Numbered from the whole stretch's first letter, positions 33,231-50,269 are shown. The stretch is 63,204 nt of DNA, filler included, from Reclinomonas americana ATCC 50394 (GCA_048213135.1; 5 parts of 2 records of this genome joined end to end with filler, not necessarily neighbours in it), one strand, 5' to 3'. Notes: generated by a model not told the origin, from the sequence alone. Numbers and translations: made by a program.

Positions 33231-35149
33231 GAGAAACTGAGTTGGAGAAATAGAGTTTGTGAGCAATGGTACTCTGCGTGATTGAGTGTGTGAGTGAGTG
33301 AGAGAATGTGTTAGTGTGTTACTGAGTGAGCGAGTGAGGAGAACCTGTGAGTGTTGGTGAAAGTGCAAGACCCTGAGTAGTGCTGCAGTTGTCTGAGTGC
33401 TAATGTTATGGCATTCGAATCATGCTTGCACGTGACCTGTCATATTCATCTCAAGACCTGCTTTTGTATCAGCGACTCCAACTCACCTTGGTTGCGCTGC
33501 AGATCCGACCTCCGTGTTCTCGACTTCCACGTGCCCATCCTCCATCCGATGCTGGTACTGGATTGCGCTGATGGCGGCGGGTGGCACTCTGCTGTGCATG
33601 ATCACCACCTGCTGCTTCATGTTTGCCTGCTACCGCCGTCGGCAACGGCGTCGTGTCGGGGGCGCGAAACTCGGTCCGGGCGCCAGCTGGCTGCTGGATC
33701 GTGATGCGACTTTTGTGCAGTTTGTCGTGTCGCCAAGTCTGTGGTGTGCACGACGCACTGGTCGAAAGGCGGATGCAAAGGCAATCACCACACTGACGAT
33801 GATTGATTTGCCGGGGACACGTTGCGTGCGACGTCTTGTTACGCAGCTATCCAAGTGTGTCCACTCACCTGCGACGTCCACAGCCATCAACGCAACCACT
33901 GCGCCACTTCCTCGTTGCGTCTCATTGTAAGCGCCTCTGCTTTCTGCCTCTCTGAGTGCTCCATCAAGTGAACATTTCTTCGCGATGATCTCTTTCTCTC
34001 TCTCTCTCTCTCTCTTTTGTTTCTGTCGCCTTGTCTCTTTCTCTCTTCGTTTCTGTCGCATTTTCTCTGTCTTTCTCTCTCCCTCTCTCGCAGTCTCTCT
34101 CTCTCTCTCTTGCTCTTAGTCTCTCGCCGTCTGTCTTTCTCGCTGTCTCGTCCTCTGCCGCTCTCTCTCTCTCACACTCACTTAGTTATCTCTCTCTCTC
34201 TCTTCTTGCACTTGATTGTCTCAATTGCTACTCCTTGTCCTTTGCTGCAGCGCTCTCACCGTCGGCCGCTTCCCCAATATCGCCGCCGACAAAGACTCCC
34301 ACCATCCACTTATTTAGCCCTGTTCCACCACCACCGTTACCGCCACAACTGCCTTCACCGTCGTCCTCACCGTCGGCGAGCGCTGTGTCGTCGGACAGCG
34401 TGTACGTGCACATTGATGCGCCACGACAGCCCGTATTGCGACTGCCGAACCTGCCGACGCTGTCGCAGTTTACGATGCTCACTGGCATTCGATTGCCGCC
34501 GCCACCGAGGCGGCCGCCAGTGGCATTGACCATACCTGGTCTGGTGCCGCAGTTGCCCTTTGCTTTCACACACAACCGCAGCTACGTGACGCCGCCGCCA
34601 CCGCCGTCTCCGCCGCCGCCGCTGGTGGCGGCTTCAACCGAGAGTGAGCCGCGTGAGTTGCGAAGACCGGTGGCTGTAGATGCTGCTGGTGCATTGGAGA
34701 TGCCGCAACTGCCGTCGCCGCCGCAGCGCACGTCGCTGCAGTTGCCGCCACTGCCGGTAAGTGCACCAGTGTTGAAAGGAGAGGGGATGGATACGAAAAC
34801 GTGAGAAAGGAAGCCGATAGTGCGCACCAGCTTTTTGCTACACCAGACCTCTCCGCCTTTCTTGGGAGGCCGGTTGTTATTCACTTGCACGTATCACTAA
34901 GCGATTGTCTTTGTGTGATAGGTGGAGTCGCTGGCGTTGCCAAGGAGGATCCGGTCGCCGTCGGCCATGGGCGCAAAGTCCATGTCGCTGCAGCAGCAAC
35001 TGCAATTGCCGGTGTCGACTGTTGCTGTGACGCGCTTGCTGCATCCAGTCGACGGACGATTGCCTCGGATGAGTGAGCTGAGCTCGATGTTGTCGCTGTC
35101 GTTGCTGCCGCCGCCGCCACCGCCGCCGCCGCCGCCACCGGCAGTTTAG
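18955..35149 (+). CDS. giant single-pass membrane protein with >=27 cadherin-like repeats, TM helix and Pro-rich cytoplasmic tail (5' end lost at gap)
   Basis: Repeat consensus ANVLPTAPTLSSSTYIPPLALNGVIGTLSSTDPNTGQTLTYTITGGTNQASFNISGTSLRSNVAGLTGNGLQVTVQVSDGAGGTASTTFSISE; repeat 16 has the cadherin-typical ATDSGTPPLS. TM WYWIALMAAGGTLLCMITTCCFMFACY (~33553-33633) followed by RRRQRRR. Pro-rich exons at 34250-34756 and 34922-35149. The 3' end may extend to ~36330. Confidence 0.85.
19198..24307 (+). repeat. 15 tandem exon+intron units (279-nt exon, ~55-80-nt intron)
   Basis: Exons such as 19198-19476 and 19541-19819 are each 279 nt with phase-1 boundaries; period roughly 335-355 bp. Confidence 0.92.
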
Positions 35150-35920
35150 TGTGGGAGGGGATGGAAGAGAAAGGAGAAGGGGATAATGAGAGAGAGAGAG
35201 AGGAAGGAGAGGAAGGAGAGGGAGAGAGAAGAAAGGGAGTGGGTAAGTGGAAGAGAAGGGAAAGCAAGAAAGATAGAGAAAGAGAAAGAAAGAAAGCAAG
35301 CAAGCAAGAAAGAAAGAAAGACAGAAAGAAGAAGAAGAAGAAGAAGNNNNNNNNNNNNNNNNNNNNNNNNNNNNNNNNNNNNNNNNNNNNNNNNNNNNNN
35401 NNNNNNNNNNNNNNNNNNNNNNNNNNNNNNNNNNNNNNNNNNNNNNNNNNNNNNNNNNNNNNNNNNNNNNNNNNNNNNNNNNNNNNNNNNNNNNNNNNNN
35501 NNNNNNNNNNNNNNNNNNNNNNNNNNNNNNNNNNNNNNNNNNNNNNNNNNNNNNNNNNNNNNNNNNNNNNNNNNNNNNNNNNNNNNNNNNNNNNNNNNNN
35601 NNNNNNNNNNNNNNNNNNNNNNNNNNNNNNNNNNNNNNNNNNNNNNNNNNNNNNNNNNNNNNNNNNNNNNNNNNNNNNNNNNNNNNNNNNNNNNNNNNNN
35701 NNNNNNNNNNNNNNNNNNNNNNNNNNNNNNNNNNNNNNNNNNNNNNNNNNNNNNNNNNNTGAAAGAATGAAAGAATGAAAGAAAAAGAATGAAAGAATGA
35801 ATGAAAGAAAGAAAGAAAGAGAGAGATAGGTAGAAGAAAGAGGGAGAGAGAAAAAGAGAGGTAGAAATTGAGAGCGGGGATGGACAGAGAAAGAGACAGA
35901 CAGAGAAACAAAACAGAGAG

Positions 35921-35982
<62 letters not shown>

Positions 35983-36522
35983 AAGACAGATGGCGAGAGA
36001 GACAGAGATTGAGAGGGGGAGAGAGGTTGAGTTATTACCACCCGTCTAACTCCTGCTGCACAGATCCCGCTTCCGCTGTCTCGTGGAGGAGACACAACGA
36101 GAACGCTGGGAGCTCGGCGACCGAGTTTATCGTTGCAAATGGCGGTGCCTTTACCGCAAGCACGGGTGCGTTTGTGAGTGCGTTTATGTGGTGGGTTTTG
36201 TGGGCGACAATTGCTGAGTGTGTGTGGGCGTAGTTGCAGAGGTCGAGATTGGCGTCGTCGAGTGGGGTTCGGGCGGGCGATGGAGCGCGGCAAGTGGGTG
36301 GGCGGGGGGAGGTTGCGGAGTTTAGTGGATGAGAGTAAAAGGGAAGTGAATTGGTGTGGCCTCTTAAACCTCAATTGAATTGTCTCCTAAAAAGATCATG
36401 CTTCCCGGCGACAGTTGGCTATCGGTGCGTGTATACCTCATCAGAGGAATGTTATGAGGTGCAGGGTTGTGACTCATGTTGAGTGTTATATTGTTGTTTG
36501 TTTTGCTTCATGTGTGCGTGTA

Positions 36523-39500
36523 GTACCGTCTGCGGACTCGTACACACCGGCGAGCATCACGAGTGAGACGACGGGTCAGAGTGTGACGGTGACCGGCCAT
36601 TGTCTCACAGCCAGTGACGACGTGAAGCTTGTGTCTGGATCTGGTTGCTCTGGATCGCCGTCGTACAGCATGACGAGTGGAGCGCGCGGAGGATCAGCGG
36701 GTGCATGGACATTGACGGTGACGACGAGTGATGTGAATCTGACGCCGGCGGGACAGTATTCTGTGTGGTTCGTCTTTCGCTATCCGCATTGGTGTTGCTG
36801 AGAAGAAAGTCGGCTGGTCACTGACTTAATATGTGTATGCGATGACAACCATTCAGCTATCGGTTCAACGGCACGGGGGCATATGTGCAAGTGACATCGA
36901 CGCTNNNNNNNNNNNNNNNNNNNNNNNNNNNNNNNNNNNNNNNNNNNNTTAATTAATTAANNNNNNNNNNNNNNNNNNNNNNNNNNNNNNNNNNNNNNNN
37001 NNNNTTTGAATGTCAGTTGAGTGATTATTTGGAGAGAGAATGAATGTGTGTGTGTGTATGAAAGAGAGAGAGGGAAAGAGAGTGAGAGTGAGTGAGTGCA
37101 GATGTACATGTCCAAGGATCTAACATTATTACGTCTCCACTCCTCCCCTTCATTGTTTCTTTTATTCTGTTCCCTCCTCTGTTGTGCAGACAAACTGGCG
37201 GAGTCATTCTCGCCGAGTTCTATTGTGGCGGAGACGAGTGGACAGTCAGTCGATCACGGCGACTGGACGTCTGACGACGGCCGATGCGATTCGATTGGTG
37301 CTCGGTGCTTCGTGTGGCGGAGCGACGACGTACGATCTGGCAGTGGGATCGGCGGGTAGTGTTGCGGGAGCGCGGACTGTGGTTGGCACAGTGTCGGATG
37401 TGAATCTGACGCCGGCTGGATCGTATGTGGTGTGGTGAGTGTGTGTTTGTGGAGATGAGATGTGATGTGGTGGAGAGGGATTGGGTTTGCGTGCTTGCAG
37501 TTTTTGTTCTTGCAAAGTGATTCTCGTTTATGAGATTTTCTGCTGTTTCGACTGACGTGTTGTGCACGGAACAGCTACAAGTACAACAACACTGGATCGT
37601 TTGTGGCGCTGACGGGAGCACTGATCGTCTGTTGCGTTACGGTTTTCTTGATTCAAGGTCTAGTTTTAGTTCCATTCCGCTAACTGGTTGTGCGCTCCAT
37701 TACAGCCAAATCGGCAACGTCATACTCGCCGTCGAAGATCACTGCAGAGACGACTGGCGAAGCCGTGACTGTAACCGGACGCGCATTGTCAAACACAGAT
37801 GCTGTGCGACTGGTGTTGGGTACATCGTGTGGTGGTTCGACTTCGTTCACGTTGACAACTGGCACTGTCGATGGAAGCGTCGGAGCGCGCACGGTTCGCT
37901 TCACCACGTCAAGCACTGCGATCGCTGCGGGATTTTACACTGTGTGGTATGTTTTGGACGTGATTGTGTCTTGGTGCTGTGGACGTCGGTTGTGCTTACT
38001 CGGTGCTGCTGTACTCCTCTCATAGTTATCAGTACGACGCTACCGGCAGTCTTGTCAGTGTTGGCAGTGCGTTGGAAGTTGGTGCGTTCACACATATATG
38101 CTTCCTCCGTTTTCACTTTGTTGCTTGTCCCCTTTGTTGTCTCCTTCTATCCTGCTTCTCACTTTCTGTTCATTACCACAGGTGCAAGCGGCGACTCCTT
38201 CACTCCTTCATCGATACGCTCCGAGACCAGCGGCGAGGTGATTTCCGTTACTTGGTCACGGCCTTGCCAACTCCGATTCTGTGCAACTTGCTGCCGGTAT
38301 CGGATGCGCGGGTACAACGTACAGCCTGTCTCCGGGCTCATGGAGCGGATCGGCGGGTGCGCGAGTTTTGACGGTTTCCACTCCTGGTCTCACCATTCCG
38401 GCGGGTCATTGCACTATTTGGTTAGTGGATGCGCGTGTCTCGTTTAATATGCTCTGTATATATTCCTCTCTTCATCCCCCTCTCTCAACAATTTCTCCTC
38501 TCCCAGCATTCAGTTCAGCTACACCACCGGCTATGTGGCTGTCTCTGGCGGCACGATTTCTGCTGGTACGTGCACATCACGGTCTCCATGGTATTGATTG
38601 TGCTGCCTCACATTTCTTCGTGGGTTCCATTTTCCTGTGCTGCTGATAAACAGTCGAGACGGCCGATGCTTTCTCACCGGCCACGATATTCTCCGGAACT
38701 GCCAACCAAGTAGTCACCATCACAGGGCACGGCTTGCTTGCGGCCGATGCGGTCAAGCTGGTGTCTGGGACGACTTGCAGCGGCAGTCCGCAGTTCCCTT
38801 TGACTCCAAGTGCTGCAACAGCTGGCGTGGCAGGAGCGCGGCTGAAGACGGCATTCACACCAGATTCCAGTCTCACGGATGGCACCTACTCTGTGTGGTT
38901 CGTTTGGGGAAGTGCTGGAGAAGCAGATTGGGGTTGATGTCTCTCTACGCTCAATTCTTCACGATCTTTGTCATCTCAGACGCCCTTTGTTATCTTCTCT
39001 TGTTCACCTGGGGTGTTTTGCAGAGAAGCAGAGTGGTGCAGATCAGTGTGTCATCTCGCTGTGTCGCGTCTGTTCGTGCTCTCGCATCCCCCGTCTGTGC
39101 TGCTCATTTACTTGTCATCGTACTTGCCCTGCTCATCGTTGATATCCCGTCACAGCATCCAACTGACGTACCCGACGGGGGGCGCGTACTCTAAAGTCGG
39201 CACGACGGAAATATCCGTCGGTATGGTGTTGTCGCGCATCGTGCATCATGAACGTTGCCACGTCGTTGCTCATGTACTTGTCGTCCAGTGACTCCTCTGG
39301 TAGTTACCGGGTACAGTCCGGCAAGCATCGTCGCGGAGACTGCTGGTGTGCAGATCACGATCACCGGTGCCGGTTCGCAGCAGGCCGATACCGCCGCGCT
39401 CTTCTTGGGCACAAGTGTTTTCGTGTCTTGCGACACTGCCACATCGTACTCGCTCACGTCGACGTCAGTGGCTGGTGGGTTGCAAAAGATTGTGACGCTG

Positions 39501-42500
39501 GACACGAGTTTCCTTCCACGTGGCTACTATGCTGTCTGGTCAGTCATCCATCTCAATCCGTGCATTTGCTTTATGTGTCTCCACTGCTTATTGCTCACCA
39601 TTCCTGCCCGACAGCTACCACTTTGTGGGCACACTCGGTTACCCGTACGTCATGGTCCCGAATTCGGCTCTCGTCGTCGGTATGCAAACAGCTTCCTGTC
39701 CGTATTTGGAAAACACTGCGGCTTCCGTTCGCTCACCGTGCTTGCGCAATCAGTGCCGAGTGCCGATGCTTTCACTCCTTCCACCATCACCGGTCAGCTG
39801 GCTGGCGCGCTGCTGACTGTTACCGGTCACGGTCTGCTGGCATCGGATAATGTGCAGCTGATGCCATCTGGAACGTGTTCGGGGGCGACGGCCTATCGTC
39901 TCGCAGCGCAGTCGTTCGGCGGCGTGGCGTCGGCTCGCGAGGTTGTTGTGGCGACGACTGCGGAGAGCTCTGTGCCTGTTGGATCGTTCTATGTGTGGTG
40001 AGTGGGGAGGGGAAGGGAAGGGGGGAGAGGAGAAGGGAGGAGACGGGAAGGGAATGGGTGAAGGGAAGAGAGGAGATAAGAAGGAGACGGAAGGGGAGGG
40101 GAAGGTAGGGGAAGGGAAGAGAGGAGAAGGGAAATGTGTGAGGGAAGTGAGAAGAGGAGAAGGAGGAGAAGGGAAGAGAGGAAAAGAGGAGAATGTGTGA
40201 GAGGGGGGATGAGAGGAGACGGGAGGGAAGGGAAGGGAGGAGACGGGGGGAGATGGGAGGAGACGGGGGAGAAGGGAAGAAAGGAGAAGAGAAGGAGGAT
40301 AAGGGAAGAGAGGAAAAGAGGAGAATGTGTGAGTGGGGGTAAGAGAGGAAGATGAGAGATAAAGGAATGCAAGAGAAAGGAGAGGGGAAGTAGAGAGGAG
40401 AGAAGAGTGGAGGTGAGAGGTGAGATGGAGTGAATAGAAACTGGGACAAATGAGAATGTGCGGTTGCTTCCTTGTGCGACAGGTTGTCCAGTGTGACTGT
40501 GTGTGTATACGTGAGTTAGTGAGCGAGGGCGAGAGAGTGAGACCAGCTCAGCTGGGAGGGATGAGAAGGAGGTGAAGGGAGGAGGGATGGGGAAGCAAAG
40601 GTGAAAAGAATGAGTGAGTTGTGAGATGCGTTATGTGGCCGGAGAGACACTTAGAATGAAAGCATGTTTGTTGAGCGAGATGCACGAGTTTACGTTGGAA
40701 TAGAGCCCCGTATTGCAGAGGATAGTGGATGGAGTTTGTAGACTGGAGACATTTGCATCGATTGAATGAGCATTCTTGGTCGTCTTCGGTGGTTTCTTTG
40801 CGTCAAATGCTCGTTTTCCTTTCTCTTACTCTCTGCGAGAAGCGAGCTTGAGTCAGTGTGAATGTATTCCTTTTACTCACACTGTGTATTACAGTATTCA
40901 ATTTGGTGGCGTCGGATCGTTCACTGCCGTCGCCGGTGGCCAACTTACCGTCTGTGAGTACGAGTGGAGCGTGCGAAGAGTGCAGAGATCAAAATGAGTT
41001 GCTCATGTGTTTGTTGTGTTTCGGCAGTACCATTGCCAACATTTTCAATCCCAACCGTCGCGTCGTCGTACACGACAATCGGCAACACAACCACTATTGG
41101 TACGGTCACCCAGCATGTCATGCTCACGTCCATCATCCTTCTCATTCTCCTGCATCTGCCTGTAGTCACTGGCGCAACAACATCGAGCACAATCGGTCAT
41201 CGTGTCGGTTTGTCCGGACAAGTGGTGGTGTTGACGGTGCCAGTGGCCTCGTTCCTTTGCCACGCCGTCATTTACACTGTTCAAGAACGCCGACTGCCGC
41301 GGAAATGTGGCCACCATTATTAGCGGCTTCAACATCGCGTCTGATGGCACGACCTATGCCATCACATTCACATTCGACACGACTGGAGAGACAACACCAA
41401 CCAAGCAGCAGTTGTGCCTGTCATCCACTGACCTGGCAGGCTACTTTAGCATGGCGTCTATATCCATTTGTTGCGTTCCTGCTGGAGATATTCTGATGTC
41501 AAGTTTACTTCCTTTTCTTCTAACGAGGCGACCATGTAGATCGTGTCAAGAGCACTTCCGCGCCTTCCATATCCCAAGGCATCAAGTCGCAAACTGTTGT
41601 CTTGTCGGGCGGCGACTTCCCATTGCTGGCTACAAGTGCCGCCAATGGCAGTAATCCAGTCACACCTGGCGGCACGCCACTGGCATTCATCCTCTCACTC
41701 GCCACCGACTGTTCGTCGATGGACTTGCGGGCGGCTGCCTTTGTGGTCACTGCATGCGGTGTCGCCGACGCGTATTACGGCCACGGTTTCCACCATTTCT
41801 GCGATCTCTCTCGCCTCGTGCACGCTAGATCCGCCTGGCACGTATCAAATTTGTGGTCGGTGTGTTACGGAGGGGAAGAGGGAAGGGAGGGGAGGGATGG
41901 GAGGGGGAGGGGGGGGGGAGAAGGGGAAAGGGAGGAACGACGGTGAAGGAAGAGAGACAGGGAAGAGAGGGCATTACCGTTGAGAGAGATATGGGCGAGG
42001 GGAAACGGTGATAGAGAAAGGGCGTGAGAGTGGATGGTGTGGGGCAGAAAGAACAAAGCAGTGGGTGCCGGGAGGAGAGATGAAGGAAAGCGGGAGAGGC
42101 AGGTGAACCATGAAGTAGACCGTCTGTATGTGCGAGAGAAATGGTAGGATGTGAATGAGATGGCGGCAAGCAATAGGAAAAAATGAGTGAGAGGCTGCAG
42201 GTGAGCCACGTATGTGCGAGAGATACTCGAGGATGTGAATGAGAGGGGCAAGAGGGCTGAGGAACAGTAGAAAATGAGCGTGAGAGACTGCATGCGCGAA
42301 TGTGTTGGACTTTTTGTCATTTTCTTTCATGGTCAACGAGAAAAGTGGAAGGATGAGAGAGAATGCGACGGATCTATCGACGTTTCACCACCATCGACTA
42401 TTCCACTGACAAAATATCTGCGCACAACTTCCAAGACGGCTCGTATGTGCCTCTCGGTGTGACATTGACCATCACGACCGTCACCGACCCCGATGTCGGC

Positions 42501-42529
42501 TTCATTTCTCCAAAGTCGTTGCCTCTCGG
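36523..42529 (+). CDS. repeat protein with 7 clear + ~2 divergent IPT/TIG-like beta-sandwich units; frameshifted (pseudogene or sequence errors); both ends unresolved
   Basis: Units such as PSADSYTPASITSETTGQSVTVTGHCLTASDDVKLVSGSGCSGSPSYSMT...TPAGQYSVC|YRFNGTGAYVQV. Each unit is a long plus a short exon, with the intron inside the conserved Cys codon (TG|Y). Confidence 0.7.
36949..36960. other. artificial six-frame-stop contig linker
   Basis: TTAATTAATTAA flanked by 44-N runs. Confidence 0.95.
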
Positions 42530-42573
42530 NNNNNNNNNNNNNNNNNNNNNNNNNNNNNNNNNNNNNNNNNNNN

Positions 42574-42585
42574 TTAATTAATTAA
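42574..42585. other. artificial six-frame-stop contig linker
   Basis: TTAATTAATTAA flanked by 44-N runs. Confidence 0.95.
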
Positions 42586-42683
42586 NNNNNNNNNNNNNNN
42601 NNNNNNNNNNNNNNNNNNNNNNNNNNNNNCGGTGGTGGTGGAGGCGCAGAAGACATGTTATTGTGAACAAGACAGGACAAGGT

Positions 42684-44859
42684 TTATGGGTTCTCCAACT
42701 TCCACAAGATGGCGTGTGCGTCTTCGAGGATGAAGCAGCGGAAGATGCGGTTTGGCAGTGGTTCGGTGAGGTTGCGATCGGCGCGTTGCTTGGCGATCTT
42801 AGTGTCTTGCAGGGCGGCGAGGGCGAATTGAATGGTGGTGACTTCGCGTTTGGCGCAGTAGACGGGTGACCAGGGGCCTGGGAGAGGGGAAGGGGTAATG
42901 GGGAAAGGGAGGTGAGAGGAGAAGGGGAGGGTGGGGGGAAGGGGGAGGACAGGGAAAGGGGGTGGACGGAGAAGACGGCGGAGGGGGGAAGACGGAAGGG
43001 AGGGAAGACGGAAGGGGAAGACGGAAAAGGGGAGACGAAGGAACGGGTGAAAGATAGGAAAGACGGAAGGAGGGAAGGTAGAAGGGGGGAAGAGTGGAAC
43101 GGGGGAACATGGAACGGGTGAAGATGGAAAGGGAGAAGACGGAAGGGGAAGACGGAAGGAGGAAGACGGAGGGGAGACGAAGGAACGCGCGCGGTGAAGA
43201 CGGAGGCGGGGAAGGCCGAAAGGATGAAAGACGGAAGGGGGGAGAAGGAAGGAGGGAAGACGGAAGGGGAAGATGGAAGGGGGAAGACAGACGAGCGGAA
43301 GACGGATGGGGAAGATAGAAGTGGAGCAATGAGACCGATCGACACGCTCATCCTGTCCGTCGCCTCTCTGTTTTCCAACGTGTCACTTCGTTGTCAGTTC
43401 CATCTCCCGTTTCTTCACCTTCCTCTAGATCTCCGCCGTCTCTCGTTAATCCTCTTATTCTCTGTTCTTTTTTCCTCTGGCCTCTCTGATCTCTCCCCTT
43501 CGTTCTCCAACTCTCTGTTTCCACCTCCAATCTTTCTGTCCCGTTTCCCTTTTCTCGGCGTCTTTCATTCCCTCACTCCCTTCCATTCTTTCTCTCTCTC
43601 TTCCGCTGTCATTCTGTCTCTTCCCCCACCCCCCTTCTCTTTCCCTTTCACCTCTCCCCCATCCCCTTCCCGACTCCAACCCACCTCCCGTCCACACCCT
43701 CGCCGTCATGTCCCTCGACGAGCTCACCAACCGCCCATCATGCAAGAATCCCACTCCCGTCACCAGCTCACGGTGACCCACATACTTGGCCACCTGACGC
43801 CCATCGCGCACCCGCCACACACGAATGGCGTCGTCACCTGCACAGCGAACGGCGCAGTGAGAACCTCTCTCCATGCTCTCTCCCCCTCCCCTTCCCTTTC
43901 CCGACACTGTTCCTCAACTCGATCCACTGGCCACGTATTGCCCATCAGGCGACAGTGTCAGTGCGCCATTGAACGCACACACCCCGCGCACAGTGTGCAG
44001 CCTCTCCGCGCCATCATACGTCCACACACTCGCACTGATGGTCACCGGCTCGTCGATATTCGACAGCACCATAAAGTCACGCAGCGGCGACACTTGCAAG
44101 GCATGCACCGCCGCCCCAACGTTCACCTCGCGCACCAGCTCGCCCGTCGTCCACGCAAACCACCGCACAGTGTGATCATTGGCGCCCGCAATTACAAACT
44201 CCTTGTCACACGCGACACTCCAGTACTGCGTCTCCCGCGGCTCCGTCTGCCGCACCAGGGCTCCTGTCTCCACCGAGTACACATTCAACATGGGCGCATA
44301 CGAGGCGCACACCACCAGCGTTCCGTCGGGCGAAAACGCCACTGCATTCACCGAGCAGCCTTGCACAAACGAGTTTATCCATCGCGGACGATCCAGCTCC
44401 TCGCCCTTTGCGGTCTTCAGTGCCTCGCCGAGATCCCACACGGCCACTGCGCGGTCCAGGTTGTGCGAGCGACCTACGCGATCGGCGCTGCAGAGGGTGT
44501 AGGCCTCGGTGGGCGAGAAGGCCAGCGCGGCGATGCCTCCAAAGTGGCCGGTGAGGGTCAGTAAGAGACGGGCGGTCTTGCTGCTGAAGATGCGGATTTT
44601 CCAGCCCTCGCAGCCGGTGGCGATGAGCTGTGGAGAAGGGAGCAGGAGGTGGGAGGAGGGGAAGAGGGGCGAGGAGGTGAGGGGGGAAGAGGGTGATCTT
44701 GATCTTTCTGTCTCTCTGGGTGTTCTTCCTGCTGCTCTTGTTCTCTCTCTTTCTCTCTCTCTCTCTTGTTGATCGTGACTGAGATCTTGATCTTTTCGTC
44801 TCTCTCTGTCTCTCTGTCTGTTCTTCCTGCTTCTCCCTTCTCTTGTCCTCTCTCTCTCC

Positions 44860-44895
<36 letters not shown>

Positions 44896-45047
44896 TGTGG
44901 AGAGTGATGAGAGACGGCGATGGACGAGACTGCAACCTTGTGACCAGAGAGGAGTGCAAGTTGCGAGTTGGCAGCGGGAGGGGCGGGTGGAGGTGCTGCT
45001 GCTGCTGCTGCTGCCGAGGAGGCGGGAGGAGGTGCGCGGCGGCTCAT
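42684..45047 (-). CDS. WD40-repeat protein, 4 exons
   Basis: LSGHKVAVSSIAVS, LTGHFGGIAALAFSP...VAVWD, VNAVAFSPDG, AGANDHTVRW, YVGHRELVTGVGFLHDGRLVSSSRDMTARVW; last exon GPWSPVYCAKRE...ILWKLENP* (stop at 42684). Confidence 0.88.
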
Positions 45048-45284
45048 CTCGCACGAGTGCGCGCGCGGGAAAACTAGATAAGACGAGAAATCCGTGACAG
45101 GACTGACGGGACGGACTTGTCGTGTTGCGTGCGTGTGCTTGCAAGGCGTGCGTTGCTTGTGTAAAGACGAAGCGGAGCTGTTCGCGTGGAAGGAGGAGAG
45201 CAACGCGAGCAGCGGCAGCGAATGAGGCACGTGCATGATGTGTCCGATTTGTGTCCGCTTCTTGCACTCTCTCTCACTCCCTCC

Positions 45285-45315
<31 letters not shown>

Positions 45316-45442
45316 TCTCTCTCACTCACTTTCACTCACTGCATTCACTGCTCTCTCTCTCTCTCTTTCACTCTTTCACTCACTCACTCCCTTGCTCTCT
45401 TCTCCTCTCCCCTCCCTCACCCTCCTCTCCCCCCCCACTCAG

Positions 45443-49615
<4,173 letters not shown>

Positions 49616-49645
49616 GGCCGGTGAGAATGTGAAGGAAGCCTGAAA

Positions 49646-50269
49646 GCCCACCTCTATCACCAAACCGCATCTACATCTTTCACCTTCACGCGCCTCCTCT
49701 CTGCTCTTCTCACTCTCCTCCTCTCCGCCGCACACCCCTTGCTGCACGGGAGAGAAGAATGCAGCATGCAAATTTCCGAACATGCACAATTACAAACCAC
49801 TCGCTTTGTCCGCTCATTGATTAGATAGACAGATGGCGACTCTGCGCGCTCGTTCCCCGGTCTCCTCCTCTCCCACCACTACTGCTACAGAGACAGAGAC
49901 AGAGGAGGAGAAGACGAGCACGCCCACCTCTGTCACAAAACCCGTGCGCATCAACATTCACCTTCACACGCCTCCTCTCTGCTCTTCTCACTCTCCTCCT
50001 CTCCGCCGCCCACGCCTTGCTGCACGAGAGAGAAGAATGCAGCATGCAAATTTCCGAACATGCACAATTACAAACCACTCGCTTTGTCCGCTCACTGATT
50101 AGATAGAGATGGCGACTCTGCGCGCTCGTTCCCCGGTCACCTCCTCTCCCACCACTACTGCTACAGAGGAAGAGACTAAGGAGGAGAAGACGAGCACGCC
50201 CACCTCAATCACCAAACCACTCTCCTCGACATTCACCTTCACGCGCCTCCTCTCTGCTCTTCTCACTCT
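49646..50269 (+). repeat. ~276-bp tandem duplication (>=2.3 copies) running into a gap
   Basis: atggcgactctgcgcgctcgttccccgg at 49833 and 50109; gcagcatgcaaatttccgaacatgcacaattacaaaccactcg occurs twice. Confidence 0.9.

Noticed and set aside
43914..43925. Apparent premature stop in the WD40 gene (also TAG at ~56590 in the carboxypeptidase), suggesting readthrough or a variant genetic code
   Set aside because: Both stops fall in or across introns once the GTTGAG/GTTGCG donors are used.
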